This document shows, in pieces, positions 11,801 through 23,585 of a DNA stretch of 64,000 nucleotides. This DNA is from Prasinococcaceae sp. CCMP 1430 (taxonomy: Eukaryota > Plantae > Prasinodermophyta). Below the pieces are notes generated by a model. It did not search any database. It had not been told where the DNA came from and saw only the letters and a program-made list of their open reading frames with translations. How positions within the stretch are numbered: position 1 is the stretch's first letter; each line of letters starts with the position of its first letter. A program made the translations under genes and the position numbers. The stretch is from positions 438,941 to 502,940 of the forward strand of contig RQSC01000026.1 in the NCBI GenBank assembly GCA_013416795.1, given 5' to 3'.

Positions 11801-12075
11801 CCAGCCGAGCGCGGGCTCCCCTCCAACCTCGCCCCTGCTCCGGCCGATCCTGCAAGCATACCCACTGTACGAAGTAGAATTAGATGTCGCGCGGCCATGG
11901 CGTTGCATCGAAGACGCTCAGGCCGCGTCGCTCCGCCATGTAAGTGAACCACCAACGCCGTTGTATTCAAGTGAGGGCCGTGCTATTCACGCCAGTGCGC
12001 GTGCAAAAAGTTGAGTCGCTACGGTATGAATTATTCGGCGCGCCCGCGTCAGAGGCCCTGTACGCGCGGTGAGGC

Positions 12076-13677
12076 TCACAAGAAGTCGCTGATATCTTCA
12101 GGCGCCCCGTAGTCGAGACTCATGCCCGCATTGCCAGCGCCGGCGTCGAGGTCGACATAGCTCGTGAGCTTGCGGCTACTCTGCGGCGGCGGCATCAGCG
12201 GCGGCATAGGCCCCCGACCACCGAAAGGCATTCCTCTTCCCATCCCGCGCCCGCCGCGCCCGCCGCCGCGTCCGCCGAAGGGGGGCATACCCATGCCAGG
12301 TGGTGGCATGCCACCCATCGGTGCGCCACCGGGTCTGAAAGGCCCCCCGCCGCCCATCGGCGCCATCCCCGGGCCGCCCATCGGCGGCGCCCCTCCGCCG
12401 GGGCCGTCCGCCGGCGGCACCGCGGGTCTCTGCAGCTCAGGCACCTCGTCAGCGCCGAGGCGCAGGAAGTTGCGCTTGTACAAGCGGTCACGCGCGTCCG
12501 CGCGTGCCTCGTCCACTCTGTGTGCGTGCTTATTGCGCACGTGCTTCACAACGAACTCGGGCGCGATGAACTTCTTCTGCGAGAGCTTGCAGCCGTACTT
12601 CTGGCCCTCTGATTCGACGGTCACCTGGTCTTTGATCCAGGCTTCGACCTCTGCTTCCACCTCTTTTGTGCCGACGAGCGCCTCGGCTGCGTCGCCCTCG
12701 GTGAGGCGCGCCTCCCATGTCTCATCGACGGTGGCCTCCCACTGGCGGAATGCGGCCTCGGCGGCGGCTGCCGCGTCCGAGTCACCGGCGAGCGCCTCCA
12801 TGGCTGCGCGGTCCTCCGCACGACGCAGGTGGCGCGACTCGGGCGTGGCGCACTCGAGTCCCTCGGGCTGCGAACCACCGTAGTAGTCGACGCCGTGAAC
12901 GCGCCACAGGTACACGAGCGCCACGTCGAGGCGTTCTTCGGTGGTGTGCGCCGTGACAGCTGCGTCGAGCACCGTCTCGCCCGCGTCGAAGGCGATGCCC
13001 TTCTCGCCGTCCATGCGGCGCATGAGCTCGGTGCAGCGTGACAGATCGTGCTCCATACGCGCTGGTGCCCACGCCGCGGCAGGCGCGACCTTCGCTTCCT
13101 GCTGCTCGGCGCCGCCGCTGGCGCCATCATCCGCGCTTCCGCCACCGCCACCAAACGCCACGCCCACATCGAGCTCGCCGCTCTCTGCCTCCAGGCGCAC
13201 CGCCTCCGCACGCTCCTTCGCTTCGGTATTGCGCGCCTCGAGCTTTTCGGCCAGTCGCGCTGGGTCAAAGCGGTCGCGCATCCACTCCTCATGGCGATGC
13301 TCGTCGAACCACTGCTCGCGCAGCTGGTCGGCAAAGCCGGCCTTGTACTGCGCGTACCTCGCGACGTATTCGGCGGGGTCCACGTCGGCGGGCTCATCCA
13401 TCACGAACTCCTTGAACGACTTGATGCGCATACGGCCCGAATCGCGCCCGCCGCGGTCGCGGTCGCGGTCGCGCGGCTCATCGTAGCTCCTACGGCGGTC
13501 GCTGTACCCGCCACCGCCGCGCCTGCCGCCCCGATCGTACTCATCTGTGTATCCACGCCCGCCGCCGCGCCCGTCGCGTTCGCGATCGCGGTCATCATAA
13601 CCGCCGCGGCGATCGGGAGGGCTCCCGCGGCGACGATAATCGCGGTAGTCGCGATCGCGGTCGTATCCGCGGTCCAT
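12076..13677 (-). CDS. SE: SERRATE/ARS2 RNA-processing factor
   Basis: RD/RS-rich N-terminus, SFKEF...WFDEHRHEEWMRDRFDP, LDVALVYLWRVHGVDYY, C2H2-like KYGCKLSQKKFIAPEFVVKHVRNKH, and a Pro/Gly tail ending SYVDLDA. Confidence 0.92.
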   Translation of the reverse strand: MDRGYDRDRDYRDYRRRGSPPDRRGGYDDRDRERDGRGGGRGYTDEYDRGGRRGGGGYSDRRRSYDEPRDRDRDRGGRDSGRMRIKSFKEFVMDEPADVDPAEYVARYAQYKAGFADQLREQWFDEHRHEEWMRDRFDPARLAEKLEARNTEAKERAEAVRLEAESGELDVGVAFGGGGGSADDGASGGAEQQEAKVAPAAAWAPARMEHDLSRCTELMRRMDGEKGIAFDAGETVLDAAVTAHTTEERLDVALVYLWRVHGVDYYGGSQPEGLECATPESRHLRRAEDRAAMEALAGDSDAAAAAEAAFRQWEATVDETWEARLTEGDAAEALVGTKEVEAEVEAWIKDQVTVESEGQKYGCKLSQKKFIAPEFVVKHVRNKHAHRVDEARADARDRLYKRNFLRLGADEVPELQRPAVPPADGPGGGAPPMGGPGMAPMGGGGPFRPGGAPMGGMPPPGMGMPPFGGRGGGRGGRGMGRGMPFGGRGPMPPLMPPPQSSRKLTSYVDLDAGAGNAGMSLDYGAPEDISDFL

Positions 13678-14100
13678 AGTGGCTGCTGCGCTGCACTCAC
13701 GCCGCGGCGGCCGTACACTCCCGCCGCCAACCCTAGCGGGCTAAGCTCCAACACAGCCCTCGCAGCGCGCTCCCGCTGCGCGCTGTGCGGCGCGGCGCGG
13801 CGCAGCGGCGCCAGTCGTGCGCGCGAGCCGCGCGCGCGCGTGCTCACACGCGCGAGGGGGGAGGGGCAGGTGCCGGCAGTGTGGCACCGGCGCCGGCTCG
13901 CTGCCCGCACCCAGCCGCCGTCGTGCGAGCGCCAAACCTGGGGTACGCTAACGCATCTTTTTAATACCGTCGTTCCACAGCTCGGCAGGCCGATGTGGAA
14001 AAAAAAAATTTGGGGGGGGGGGGGGGGGGGGGGGCAGCGTCCCCCACAGGGCGCGCGAGACGCAGGCGGCGCGGTGCCGCTGCGCGCCTCGCGCGGCGCC

Positions 14101-15138
14101 ATGGCGGAGAACGGTGGCGGCGGGTGAGATCGCGCGCGCGCGATTCTTCCCGTCCCGCGCGCGTGCTCCACCCCCAGGCACACCCCTCCGGCTCGCGCCT
14201 GAGAGAGTGCGCGCGGGCGCGCGAACGCGGGTTGGCGGGCGCGAACGCCATGAGCATACGCTGACCCTGCCACCGCCACCTCCCTCTCTCCCTTTCTCTC
14301 CCCGCGACCGCGCAGCGGCGGCGACGGCGGCCTGGCGTCGCAGTATCCGCCTCCGCCGCCGTACTACGAGCTCTACGCTGACGCGTCAGTCGGTCCGCCG
14401 CCACCGCCACCGCCTGCAGTCGCTGACGGCGACGCAGGCGCTACTGGCGGCGGCAGGGACGTTGTGGCCGGCAGCGACGGTGGGGCGTACGAGGCCTTTG
14501 GCGCCCGCTTTGCGCTGCGACCCAAGGCTCCGAGCCTCGCCGAGGGGGGCGTGCCCGTACTCTACGATGCGACAGCCGCAACTGCAGGCGGCGCGGCCGC
14601 CAAACGCGAGCTGCAGGCGTTGCACCGGTCACTAGTGTTCAACTACGTTGAGCTGGTCCGTGCGCTGGCGGACGAACCAACGCAGGCTGCCGAGCGCGTC
14701 GAGGGCGTGGGCCACGTCGCGCGCAATCTGCACCACCTAATTAATGCACTGCGGCCCGTGCAGGCTAAGGTGAGGCTGTGCGCACGCAAATGCGGGGAGC
14801 TGGTGCGAAGGAGGCGGGGGGGAGGGCGGGGGGAGGGGGGAGGGGGTCTGGTGTTCTGCGTCACGCGCGCATATGCTTGCGCCCGACCTCTTTGAGAACT
14901 CTCGTGTTGACGCATTTGCATGCACATGTGCGCGCAGGCCACGCTGCTCTACATCCTGCGCAGCCAAATCGCCGACAAGAAAAAGGCTCTCGAAGACGTG
15001 CGTGCGCGCGCGGCTGAGATGGACGCCTTCCTGGCAGAGGAGGGCGAGCGTGGCAAGGAACTCGGCCCGGCTGAGGGCAGTCGGGGCGGCGAGGGCGCGG
15101 GGCCGGGCGGTGCACATCAGATGGATGAGGCGGGTTGA
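14101..15138 (+). CDS. MED7: Mediator subunit 7; exons 14101-14123, 14316-14769, 14938-15138
   Basis: The spliced product has SQYPPPPPYYELY, KRELQALHRSLVFNYVELV and NLHHLINALRPVQAK|ATL (Med7 signature). Introns are canonical. Confidence 0.92.
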
Positions 15139-15205
15139 TGCGCAAGGTAATATTAAAGAGTGGACGCTGTCAACGTTGTCTGCGGGTGTGACACGAGCCT
15201 GAGCT

Positions 15206-17794
15206 TCAGCGAGCGTTCCCCAGCCTGTTGAGGAGGTTGTTCCCAAGCCTGTTCAGTAGTTCCCCTCCGCCGCCCTCCTTGGCGGCCGCGCGCGCCTCGG
15301 CGGCCGCGCGGGCGTCACCTAAGCGTTCGTACGCTTCTGCGCGCACCTCCGGATCTATCAGCCGGGCAATAAAGCGCTTGGTAACGCCGTCGGGCGCGCT
15401 GGCATCCACACACGCGTCCACGAAGGCACCCAGAGGGACATCGCCGGGTGGTGCGCCGCGCTTTTCCTTCGAGAGGCGGTCGAGGCCCTCCCAGTCGTTC
15501 GCAGTCACCAGCGCGGCCATGCGCAGCCACGTGAAGTGGCGCTCGCCCATACGAAAGTCGCGCTGCAGGCGCAGCGCCACCTTGAGGTTGCCAAGCGCGA
15601 GGCATGAGGCTACTGTGTCCGCGAGCGACGTCCCAACGAGACGCTCGCCGGTGGCGCCCTCGAGCTCGCGTTGCGCGCTCAGCAAGCTGGCAGCCTCGTC
15701 ACACGCGCGCGCGTGACCAACGCGCTCCTTTGAGCGGCTGTACATCTCCGACGCAGCGCTAAGCGCGCGACAGGCAGCAGTGACGCCCGCGGAGCCACCC
15801 GCACCGCGACGCGCGGCCGCAGCACCGCGCCCGGCCACTACTTCGCTCGGCGGCGGCCCGCCATCACGCGCCTCCAGCGCGTCCAGGAACGCGGCCTGCG
15901 CCGCCGCATGGGGTGCGCCCACCGTGAAGCAGAACGTCTTGAGCAGTTCGGGATCCGTCGCGCGGCAGTAGGCCACGAAGAGCTCAGAGGCTAGCGGGCG
16001 CCCAGCCACCACCCGCACAAGTTCCTTGAAGTCGCCCTGGCGCCACACGTGGAAGAGCACGAGGTAAACCAGGTCTGTGTCGCCGCTCTCTATTGCTTTG
16101 TCTAGCGCGCGCTCCTGCTCGCCCATCTGCGTGAGTAGTGGCACCTGCTCGCCCGCGCGCGGCTCGAGATCAAGCAGCGCGGCAGCCAGCCTTTGGCGGC
16201 CCGCGCGGAAGGCACCCTCGGCTACCGACGCGTAGGACGCGCCGGGCATCGCGCTGAGCTTGCTCAGCACTGCCTCTAGCACGGCCAGGTCAGGGGCGTC
16301 CGGGTTGCTCGCGACCTTGGCCATCGCCCAGTGCTGCACCACGCGGCGGCTTGCAGCCTGAAGCTCCAGGTACTCGGCGATCTTGATGGCGAGCAGGTGC
16401 TGGCCCTGCGCGGCGAGCGTATCGACCATCGCGTCTGCTCCGAGCGCCTCGAGCTGCGGTGCGGTGATCGGCCGCCCGACTCGGTAGTCGCGCAGCGCAT
16501 TGAGCACGCGCAGCGTGCGGATAGCCGCCTGGAAAGCTTCGGCGGTTTCACCCGCATCGGCCTGCGGCGTGAAGGCGTGACCATGCGCCGACGCGCGCAT
16601 GAGCATGCGCTGCGTCGCGTGGTCCCACTCGTGCGTAGCCGCCTCGGCACACGCCATCGTCGCCTGAGCCATCTGCTCGGGACCGATGGCGCGCATGTTA
16701 TCGTCCGCCTTCACGGAGCGCGCGTCGAAGTGCGTGAGCGCATCGTGCAGCAGCGCGGCGGGCGAGGTGGAGCCGATGCGGAAGACGTCCACCGTGGCAT
16801 CTGGAACGCGCTGCAGAAACTCAAGCGAGCGGCTTGTGATCACGCGCACGCCATCCACCTCAGGCAGTAGCACCGCGGGCTCGTCGTAGGTGTACCGCAT
16901 GAAGTCCCCGAAAGGCCCCACCAACAGCAGCGTCTCGTCCCAGTATAGCACCACCGCGTCTGCGCCGCACCATACCAGCTGACGCGGCGGCGTGTCCCGC
17001 GGCGCGCCCGTCCCGAACTCGCTCAGAGTGTTCTCAAAGTCGGCCGACACCACCACCAGCGTGCCATCCTCAGTGAAAACCGCAATCATCGCGCCGTTCG
17101 GGGCCACCGCGAGCCGCGTCACTGGGCTTGCGCCAACGTGTTTCTCCTCGCAGCGCGCCGCGTCTATCACGAGCAGCGCGTCGCCTGTGGCTACGAGCAC
17201 CTCTGCGGAAGTGCCCGGCGGCGCTTCCTCGGGAGGCTGCAGCACTGCCACGCACCGCGGCTCGGGTGCACCCTCGCCGCAGATCGCCGAGTCTTGCAGC
17301 CGACGCACGCGCGGCGCAACGAAATCGTCGACCTGCAGAAGACGGTTGTCTCGCATACGTGCGACAAGTCCGCCGCTCCACACAATCACCTCCGCGACGC
17401 CGCCACCGTCGCGCGCGTCTACGCCGAGCGAGAACGCACGCTCGGCCAGCGGCCGCCCGAGCGCGTCGTAGAGCGTGACTCCGCCGCCCTCCTCGACCAC
17501 CACGAGCTTCTCCTGCGCTGTCCATCCCAGGCCTGCGATGCGCCCGCGCGTCCAGCGGAACGCCGCCAACGGGGTGCCCGCCGCTGTGTAAATGCACACT
17601 TCGGGCCGCAAGGCGCCGCCGACCTTGACGATCTTTGACTCGTCACGCGTCGCAGCGACTGGCCCGCCAAACGGCGCGGCGGCGACGAGCTGCAAGTCGG
17701 GCTCGAGTGGCCACTCGAGCTCATAGAGCTCGCGACGTCGATAGTACCGATCGCCGATCTCCTGCCACTCGGCCGCCGCCGTGAGGCCCGCCAT
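15206..17794 (-). CDS. VPS16: Vacuolar protein sorting 16 (HOPS/CORVET)
   Basis: AEWQEIGDRYYRRRELY, AAPFGGPVA, PPRQLVWCGADAV, FRIGSTSPAALL, LRVLNALR and ALDKAIESGDTDLVYLVL. Confidence 0.95.
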   Translation of the reverse strand: MAGLTAAAEWQEIGDRYYRRRELYELEWPLEPDLQLVAAAPFGGPVAATRDESKIVKVGGALRPEVCIYTAAGTPLAAFRWTRGRIAGLGWTAQEKLVVVEEGGGVTLYDALGRPLAERAFSLGVDARDGGGVAEVIVWSGGLVARMRDNRLLQVDDFVAPRVRRLQDSAICGEGAPEPRCVAVLQPPEEAPPGTSAEVLVATGDALLVIDAARCEEKHVGASPVTRLAVAPNGAMIAVFTEDGTLVVVSADFENTLSEFGTGAPRDTPPRQLVWCGADAVVLYWDETLLLVGPFGDFMRYTYDEPAVLLPEVDGVRVITSRSLEFLQRVPDATVDVFRIGSTSPAALLHDALTHFDARSVKADDNMRAIGPEQMAQATMACAEAATHEWDHATQRMLMRASAHGHAFTPQADAGETAEAFQAAIRTLRVLNALRDYRVGRPITAPQLEALGADAMVDTLAAQGQHLLAIKIAEYLELQAASRRVVQHWAMAKVASNPDAPDLAVLEAVLSKLSAMPGASYASVAEGAFRAGRQRLAAALLDLEPRAGEQVPLLTQMGEQERALDKAIESGDTDLVYLVLFHVWRQGDFKELVRVVAGRPLASELFVAYCRATDPELLKTFCFTVGAPHAAAQAAFLDALEARDGGPPPSEVVAGRGAAAARRGAGGSAGVTAACRALSAASEMYSRSKERVGHARACDEAASLLSAQRELEGATGERLVGTSLADTVASCLALGNLKVALRLQRDFRMGERHFTWLRMAALVTANDWEGLDRLSKEKRGAPPGDVPLGAFVDACVDASAPDGVTKRFIARLIDPEVRAEAYERLGDARAAAEARAAAKEGGGGELLNRLGNNLLNRLGNAR

Positions 17795-18473
17795 CGCTGC
17801 GGGCAGCACTGGGCGCCACCCCGCGCCCTTCCGCCACCACTACCGTGTGCCTGCCGTGCGCACGCCGTCGGCCCCGGCGCGAGCGAAGGTTGGCGGGGTG
17901 AAGGTGAGGGGGGGGGGGGGAAGGAAGGGGGGGGGTGCTGAACCAGTGAAGGGCAGGGAAGCGCGCCGGGCGCCGCGCACCGACTTGAGTGGGCTGTTGC
18001 CGGGTCGAGCGGGGCGTCAGGTGGGTAGGCGGAGTGGCTCACCTCCGAAGTTCACGCGCTCAGGTCGGTGGGGCGCGGGAGCGGCGTGTGGAGGGGAGCG
18101 AAGGGGGGGAGGGGGGGGGGCGCTGCGCCCCGCCGCAGCGCGCGCGCCCTCTGGCGCTCGCGCGGGTTCCCCTCAAGCTTCTTTTTGACCCCGGCGCTCG
18201 AGCGGCGCTTCACCTGGGTCGAAGCATTTGCATTGAATTTCGTACCATTTCAAGCCCTCTTGGCGCGCTCCGGCTCGTGTGTACCCCGGTGTGACTCTTT
18301 TCCCCTGTCTGGAGCAAGTTTGGCCCAGGTCTGTCGGTCGGTGTTGTCTACACCTAGGACTGCAAGCGCCGCCGCTGTTGGTGTACGGCCGGGTGCGGGC
18401 GAGGGCGAGGGTGAGGGCGGGGGCTAGGTGCGGGAGGGGCAGAGCGTGCGCATGGCGCTCATCCCCGCTGGGG

Positions 18474-20642
18474 ATGAGCGGCCTGCAGGCCCCGCCGCTC
18501 GCGGCGCTCACGGCGGCGCCGGCGGTCGACCTGTGGCAGCACGCGCGGGAGCGCGAGCGCACGCAATGGCAGCGAGCGCCAGGAGGCGGCGGCGGCGGTG
18601 CAAGAGAGGGGGGGCGCGGGAACACCCTGCGCGAGCGTGTGCGACGCCACCGGCACGGCCTTGCGGCCGTCGCGTGGCTGCTAACATCGGTCACCACGAT
18701 GTGCGTGTTGGAGAGGCGTGCACTGGAGGCGGCAGGCGATGACCCTGTGGCCGCTGCGGATGCCTTCGTGCAGGACCCGTTTGCGGTTGCCTCGGCCGCG
18801 AGCGCGGCGCTCGCCGCACTCGCGGCCATGTTTTGGGTGTTGCGGCTGGCGCTGCTCGGACCACTGCGCATTGTCGAGTCCGAGGCCGTCACCCAGCGCA
18901 TGCGCGACGCAGTGCTCGAGAGCTGCCTTGCGCTCTCAATGTTTCCAGACAACGATACCGGCTCCGCCACGGCCGCCCCGGCCTTCACTGCCGATGCGGC
19001 CGCGCGTGTTGCCGGAGAGCCATCTGCTGCTGCTGCTGCGGGCACCGCCGCGGGCACACTGAGCGCGGCCAGTGCCGCACGCTTCCTCAGTGGCGCCTCG
19101 TTCCTTTCGGCATTTGCGCTGTGCCTGTTTTCCAAGTGCTTCCAGGTGCTGCGAGAGCAGCGCGTCGACTACATTGACACCGGCGCGGGGGCGCTGACGC
19201 GCTGGAAGGCCGTGCGGTTGTGGGCTCTTATCGCGCTGCTGCTCGTGCTCGACGGATCGCTGGTGGTGTTGAGCATCGCCAACCTTCTCGAAGGCGGCGC
19301 GCGCGCACACATGCTCTTTGCGTTTGAGCACGCGGTGCTCTTCATCATGGGCGTCAATGCCGCAGGCAGACTCTTGCTCGCGCAGACACAGGGCGGGGGG
19401 GTCAGCTGGCACGAGCGCAGGCCCGTCGGGGTAAGTACGAAGCGCACGCGCGTGCTGCGGGTCTGATGGCGCAAATGACGGGCGCATAAGCAGCGGGGCG
19501 CGAGTGGGCGGGCGTCAGCATGTGCCAGCGCTGACTCGCTCGCAACCGCCCTCGCGCGCGCGTGCCCGCTCGTCGCTTTGCGGCAGTTCTACCTGAATGT
19601 GTTCACAGATGGATTGGTGCTCATCCTGTACTGCTCCTTCTTTTTCCTCGCGCTTTTGTCGTTCGGGCTGCCTTTCCACATGGTGGGCGACTTCTGGCGC
19701 GCGGGCGCGAGGCTTATGCACCGCGTTGGCGACCTCCAGCGCCACCGGCGCAACGCTCATGGCCTAGACGGGCGCTTCCTGGACGCCACGGAGGCCGACC
19801 TCGCAGGGCCCGGCCGAGAGCGCGCAGGGGAGGGAGCGAACGCAGGGGTAGGTGGCGAGGGCGGTGCGATGTCTACGACATGCGTCATCTGCCACGAGGA
19901 GATGCACGTCGGCGGCGGCGCGCCGGGCGCGCCGGCGGCTGAAGGTGCAGCGCGTGGGCGCGTGCCCAAGCGCATGCCCGCGTGCGGGCACTGCTTTCAT
20001 GAGGGCTGCTTGCGCTCGTGGCTGGAGCGCCAGTCGCGCTGTCCAATCTGTCGCACACCGGTGGACCCCGACGAGGCGGCACTGATGCACCGCGAGCAGA
20101 ATGTCGTGCGCCAGACGGAGGAGCAAATTCGCGAAGAGGCGGCCAGAGAGCGTGCAGGCAGCCGCGGAGGCAGTGGCGGGGGCAGCAGCGGGGGCGCGGG
20201 GTGGCGAGCTGCCGCGACCCATTCGCCCGTACCTCCGCACGTCGCCGCGGCGGCAGACGCCGACACTGCCCTCGCAGCGGCGAGTGCGGGCGCGGGCGTG
20301 CAAGGACGGGCCTTGGGCGCATACTACGTCGACCTGCAGAAATGCACGGATGAGCAGCTCGATGAGCTTGTCGTGGCACAAGCGTCGGTTTGGGGCATGC
20401 TCAAAGGCGAACTTGACAGGCGCCGGGCGCCTGGCACAGGCATGGGCGCGGATGGTGCTGCGGGGGGCGCTAGCGTGGGCGCAGGAGCTGCTGGGAATGC
20501 GCAGGGGAGCGGCCAACCATACATGCAGCTGCAGCGCGGGTCGCAGATGAGCCCGCCGCTGAGCCCGTCGACGAGCCCACCGCTGAGCCCTCGCGAAGGC
20601 TCAACAGGCCGACTACCGGGACATCGCCGCAGGCGCGCGTGA
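18474..20642 (+). CDS. HRD1/synoviolin-like multi-pass RING-H2 E3 ubiquitin ligase (ERAD); exons 18474-19430 and 19587-20642
   Basis: TM region with LLGPLRIVESE and KCFQVLREQRVDYI, then DATEADL and RING CVICHEEM...PKRMPACGHCFHEGCLRSWLERQSRCPICR. Phase-0 GTAAGT intron. Confidence 0.88.
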
Positions 20643-20842
20643 AGGTGCTGCAGCGTGGGGTGGCGCATATGAAGTGCGCCACCGTAGCGCACCGTAAGAG
20701 ATGTCGCCCTTCGCGTGGACACCGGAATCAAGATTAGTATTAGTGAGTGTGCGGGGCAGGGTCGGCACGTCGTCCGGGTTCATCAAGGCCCAATGGGGTC
20801 TTCGTTGGCTCCCTGTGGATCCATGCCGTCCGTCTGCGACGA

Positions 20843-21985
20843 CTACTTCTCGGCCAGCTCGTTCTGATTCGACGGCCCGAGGTACTTGTTGAGTTTGGGG
20901 TTGAAGACCTCATAAATGAGCGTCATGGGCTGGCCGTCGTGCCAGAAGATGTAATGGCGTCCCCAGAACGGGCCCCTGCAGCCGAAGGCCTTTTCAAGCT
21001 CCTCGGAATGACCCATGTAGACCGCCAGAATGTTGCGGTAGACCTCAGTGCGCGTGGACGCCAGGTTGTCCCAAATGGGCTTGTCGCTCTGCTTCATGTA
21101 CCTGCGATGCGTCGCCGCGGTTGGCGCGGCAGATGGGCAGGACAGCGGCGCATGTCAGCGACTCGCGGCGGCCGTAGCAGCTGCAACAGTGACGAGCGGT
21201 CTCGCGGCGTGAGGGCTGCGTGGGCACACCAACACCGCGCTCGCGAGGCGTACGCACTTGTTCATCGAATCCTCCGACCACCACGACGCCGCGTAGGCCA
21301 TGCGCTCGCCCGTGTCGCTCGTGAGGAACACTGTGGCCGGATCGGACAGGGGTCGCGAACAGTCAGCACTCGCGCACTCCGCTCATGACGATATGCGCAC
21401 GACTGAGCGCCCGAACGCAATCGCATGCTACAGCGCGCGTGCATCGCTCCCTCCCTCCCCTCCCCACCCCACCCGGCGCAAGCGCGCGAGCGCGCTGCGT
21501 TCCCCGGCGCGCGTCCACATGCGTGCGCACAAACACATCGCGCAGTGCTCGCCGCTCACCCTCGCGCTGCACGTGCGGCCCCGGAATGGTGTTGACGTCG
21601 TTCCCGAGCACCTTCAAGTTGACCTGATCATCGCCCACGCAACGCTGCTGCACGAGCTCCACGTGCACGGTTTCCTCGGTGAGCAGCTTGAGGTGGCGCG
21701 TTACGGAGCCGTCGGAGAGCAGCATGACACGCCACGACGGCGTGACGAGCCCCGAGAGCATACCCGCCACAGCATCAGCTCCGAGGTCCTCCTCTGAGAT
21801 GGAGAGATTGAGGACGGGATCTACGATGTAATCTTCCACCTCGCACGAGGGTGCGTAGCCGTCACTGAGCGTGACGCCGTCCGCGACGGCGCCCGCCGGG
21901 GCCGCGCGGTTCCTCTCCTCCTCCGCCGACTGCGCCGACGACGGCGCGCCGTTGGCGCTGCTGCTCTGCTCCGCGGCGGCCGCAG
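20843..21985 (-). CDS. Ycf21/DUF98 chorismate pyruvate-lyase-like protein; exons >21985-21560, 21330-21258, 21101-20843; 5' end cut by N
   Basis: The spliced product WRVMLLSDGSVTRHL...VQREVFL...YAASWW...PIWDNL...GPFWGRHYIFWHDGQPMTLIYEVF matches the cyanobacterial/red-plastid Ycf21 (DUF98) pattern. Confidence 0.85.
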
Positions 21986-21986
21986 N

Positions 21987-23303
21987 CTGGCAAGCGCTTC
22001 GCCCCGCCGCTGGAGTGGGCCATCAACGAGGGCTTCGACCCGACCCAGTTCAATTCGTCGCAGCTCCTCTCGAGCGGCACCGTCACCATCCAACTCATGT
22101 GGTACGACAAGGCGGTGTGGATGCCGGTGTTTGCCACGGAGGACGCCACATCCGGCGCAGATCCGCCGGTGGCTGCCAGTCGGGGGCGAGTTCGCATTCG
22201 CACGCCCGTCCCTAGGCTGCTGCCTGCGGACGGCGCGTACCGGTGGAGAATTACGTTCGCCATCCCCGAGAACCAGGCTGGCAGGGCGTCCGAGTTCCCC
22301 CTATTCGCATATACCGATCCTCTCGAGGTGAGCAACATGCACGCTCGTCCTGTTCTGTCAGGCGGCGGGAATCGGTTGAGAGCGCGCACTAGTACTAGTC
22401 TATCGCTTCGTGACCGGAGGCGCTGACGCCTCGCATTGCATCCGCGCACCGCCGCACCCAAATGCGCAGCTGGTTAACCCCGGCGACCGTGCCATGCGCG
22501 TGGTGACGCCCCCTGATCGCGCCTGGCGCCTCGGCGAGGCGGTGCCCTCCAAGATTGAGTGGTTTCTTCCAGAGGCTGGCCTCACCCTCGGCGCGGCTCC
22601 AGCGGTGACGGTCGAGCTCTACCGCGTGGACAACCTGCAGCACGCAGCGCACACGCTTGCGTGCTATGCGCCGACGGGCGAGCGGCGCGGCTCGCTGGTC
22701 CCTTTCGACTACCGGCGCGGCGAGCCCTACCTCGGCCAGCCCGGTGGGCCGTGGCTCCCCTCGCCGCCCGACCTCGCACAGTCAGGCTCGGGGCGCTCAC
22801 AGGGCGCAACGCGCTTCCAGATGCGTGTCGCACTCACGCGCTCGTCCACCGCGAGCGCGGCGGCGGCCGGCGACCCCCCCCTCGAGGCAAATGCCGGCAA
22901 CTATTCGCTCTTCGGGGTGAGCGCCCCATTCGAGGTGCGGCACGCGCGCGCGAACACCGCCTCGCCGCACCTGCAATCGACGTGCGCAGACTCCGTCTCG
23001 GGCCCAGGCTACGGCACGTACTGCAACGCCGTGTTCCGCGAAAGTGACGCCCCACTGTGTGGCGCGAAGCACTTTTCTTGGCTTGGCGGCTGCTCGTGCG
23101 ACGCGTCGCCGTCCGGCTGCGATTGCCGGCGCGAGAGCGGCACGACGTGTGTGCGCTGCCTTCGAGCGGCTACCAAGGACGGACAGCCGTGCTGTCCGGA
23201 CGTCGCACAGACGTGCTTGAACGAGGCCAAGGTCGTCGCCCCGGGCGACCTCGCTGGCTGCCCCGATGATGCTGATGCTGGAGGTGGTCAGGGCGGGGCG
23301 TGA
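21987..23303 (+). CDS. Probable extracellular protein with beta-rich domains and a C-terminal somatomedin-B-like Cys cluster; exons <21987-22327 and 22470-23303
   Basis: The frame is open from the N. A phase-0 intron (22328-22469, GCTGAC branch) joins the two ORFs. C-terminal CSCD...C...CCPD...C pattern. Confidence 0.6.
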
Positions 23304-23585
23304 TGGGGTTTGCCCTTCGATACGGGCGGGAAAGCGGGGGCGGCGGCGCGGGGGTGTTGGCGCCTGCGGCGCGCGCACGCGCGCGTTCGGCTCGGTGCGG
23401 TTCGGTTCGGGTTGCGTGTGTGTGTGCGACTCGAATATGGATAAAAAGCGCGCGGGCGAGGAACGCGCGCGTGCCGCGCGCGCGCGCGCGCTGGCGCGCG
23501 CGCGGCGAAGACCGCGCGCGCGCGCTCTTTTTTCTTGCGTGTGCTGTGCGGGCGGGCCGCGAGCGCGCCGCGGGCCGCGGACGCC

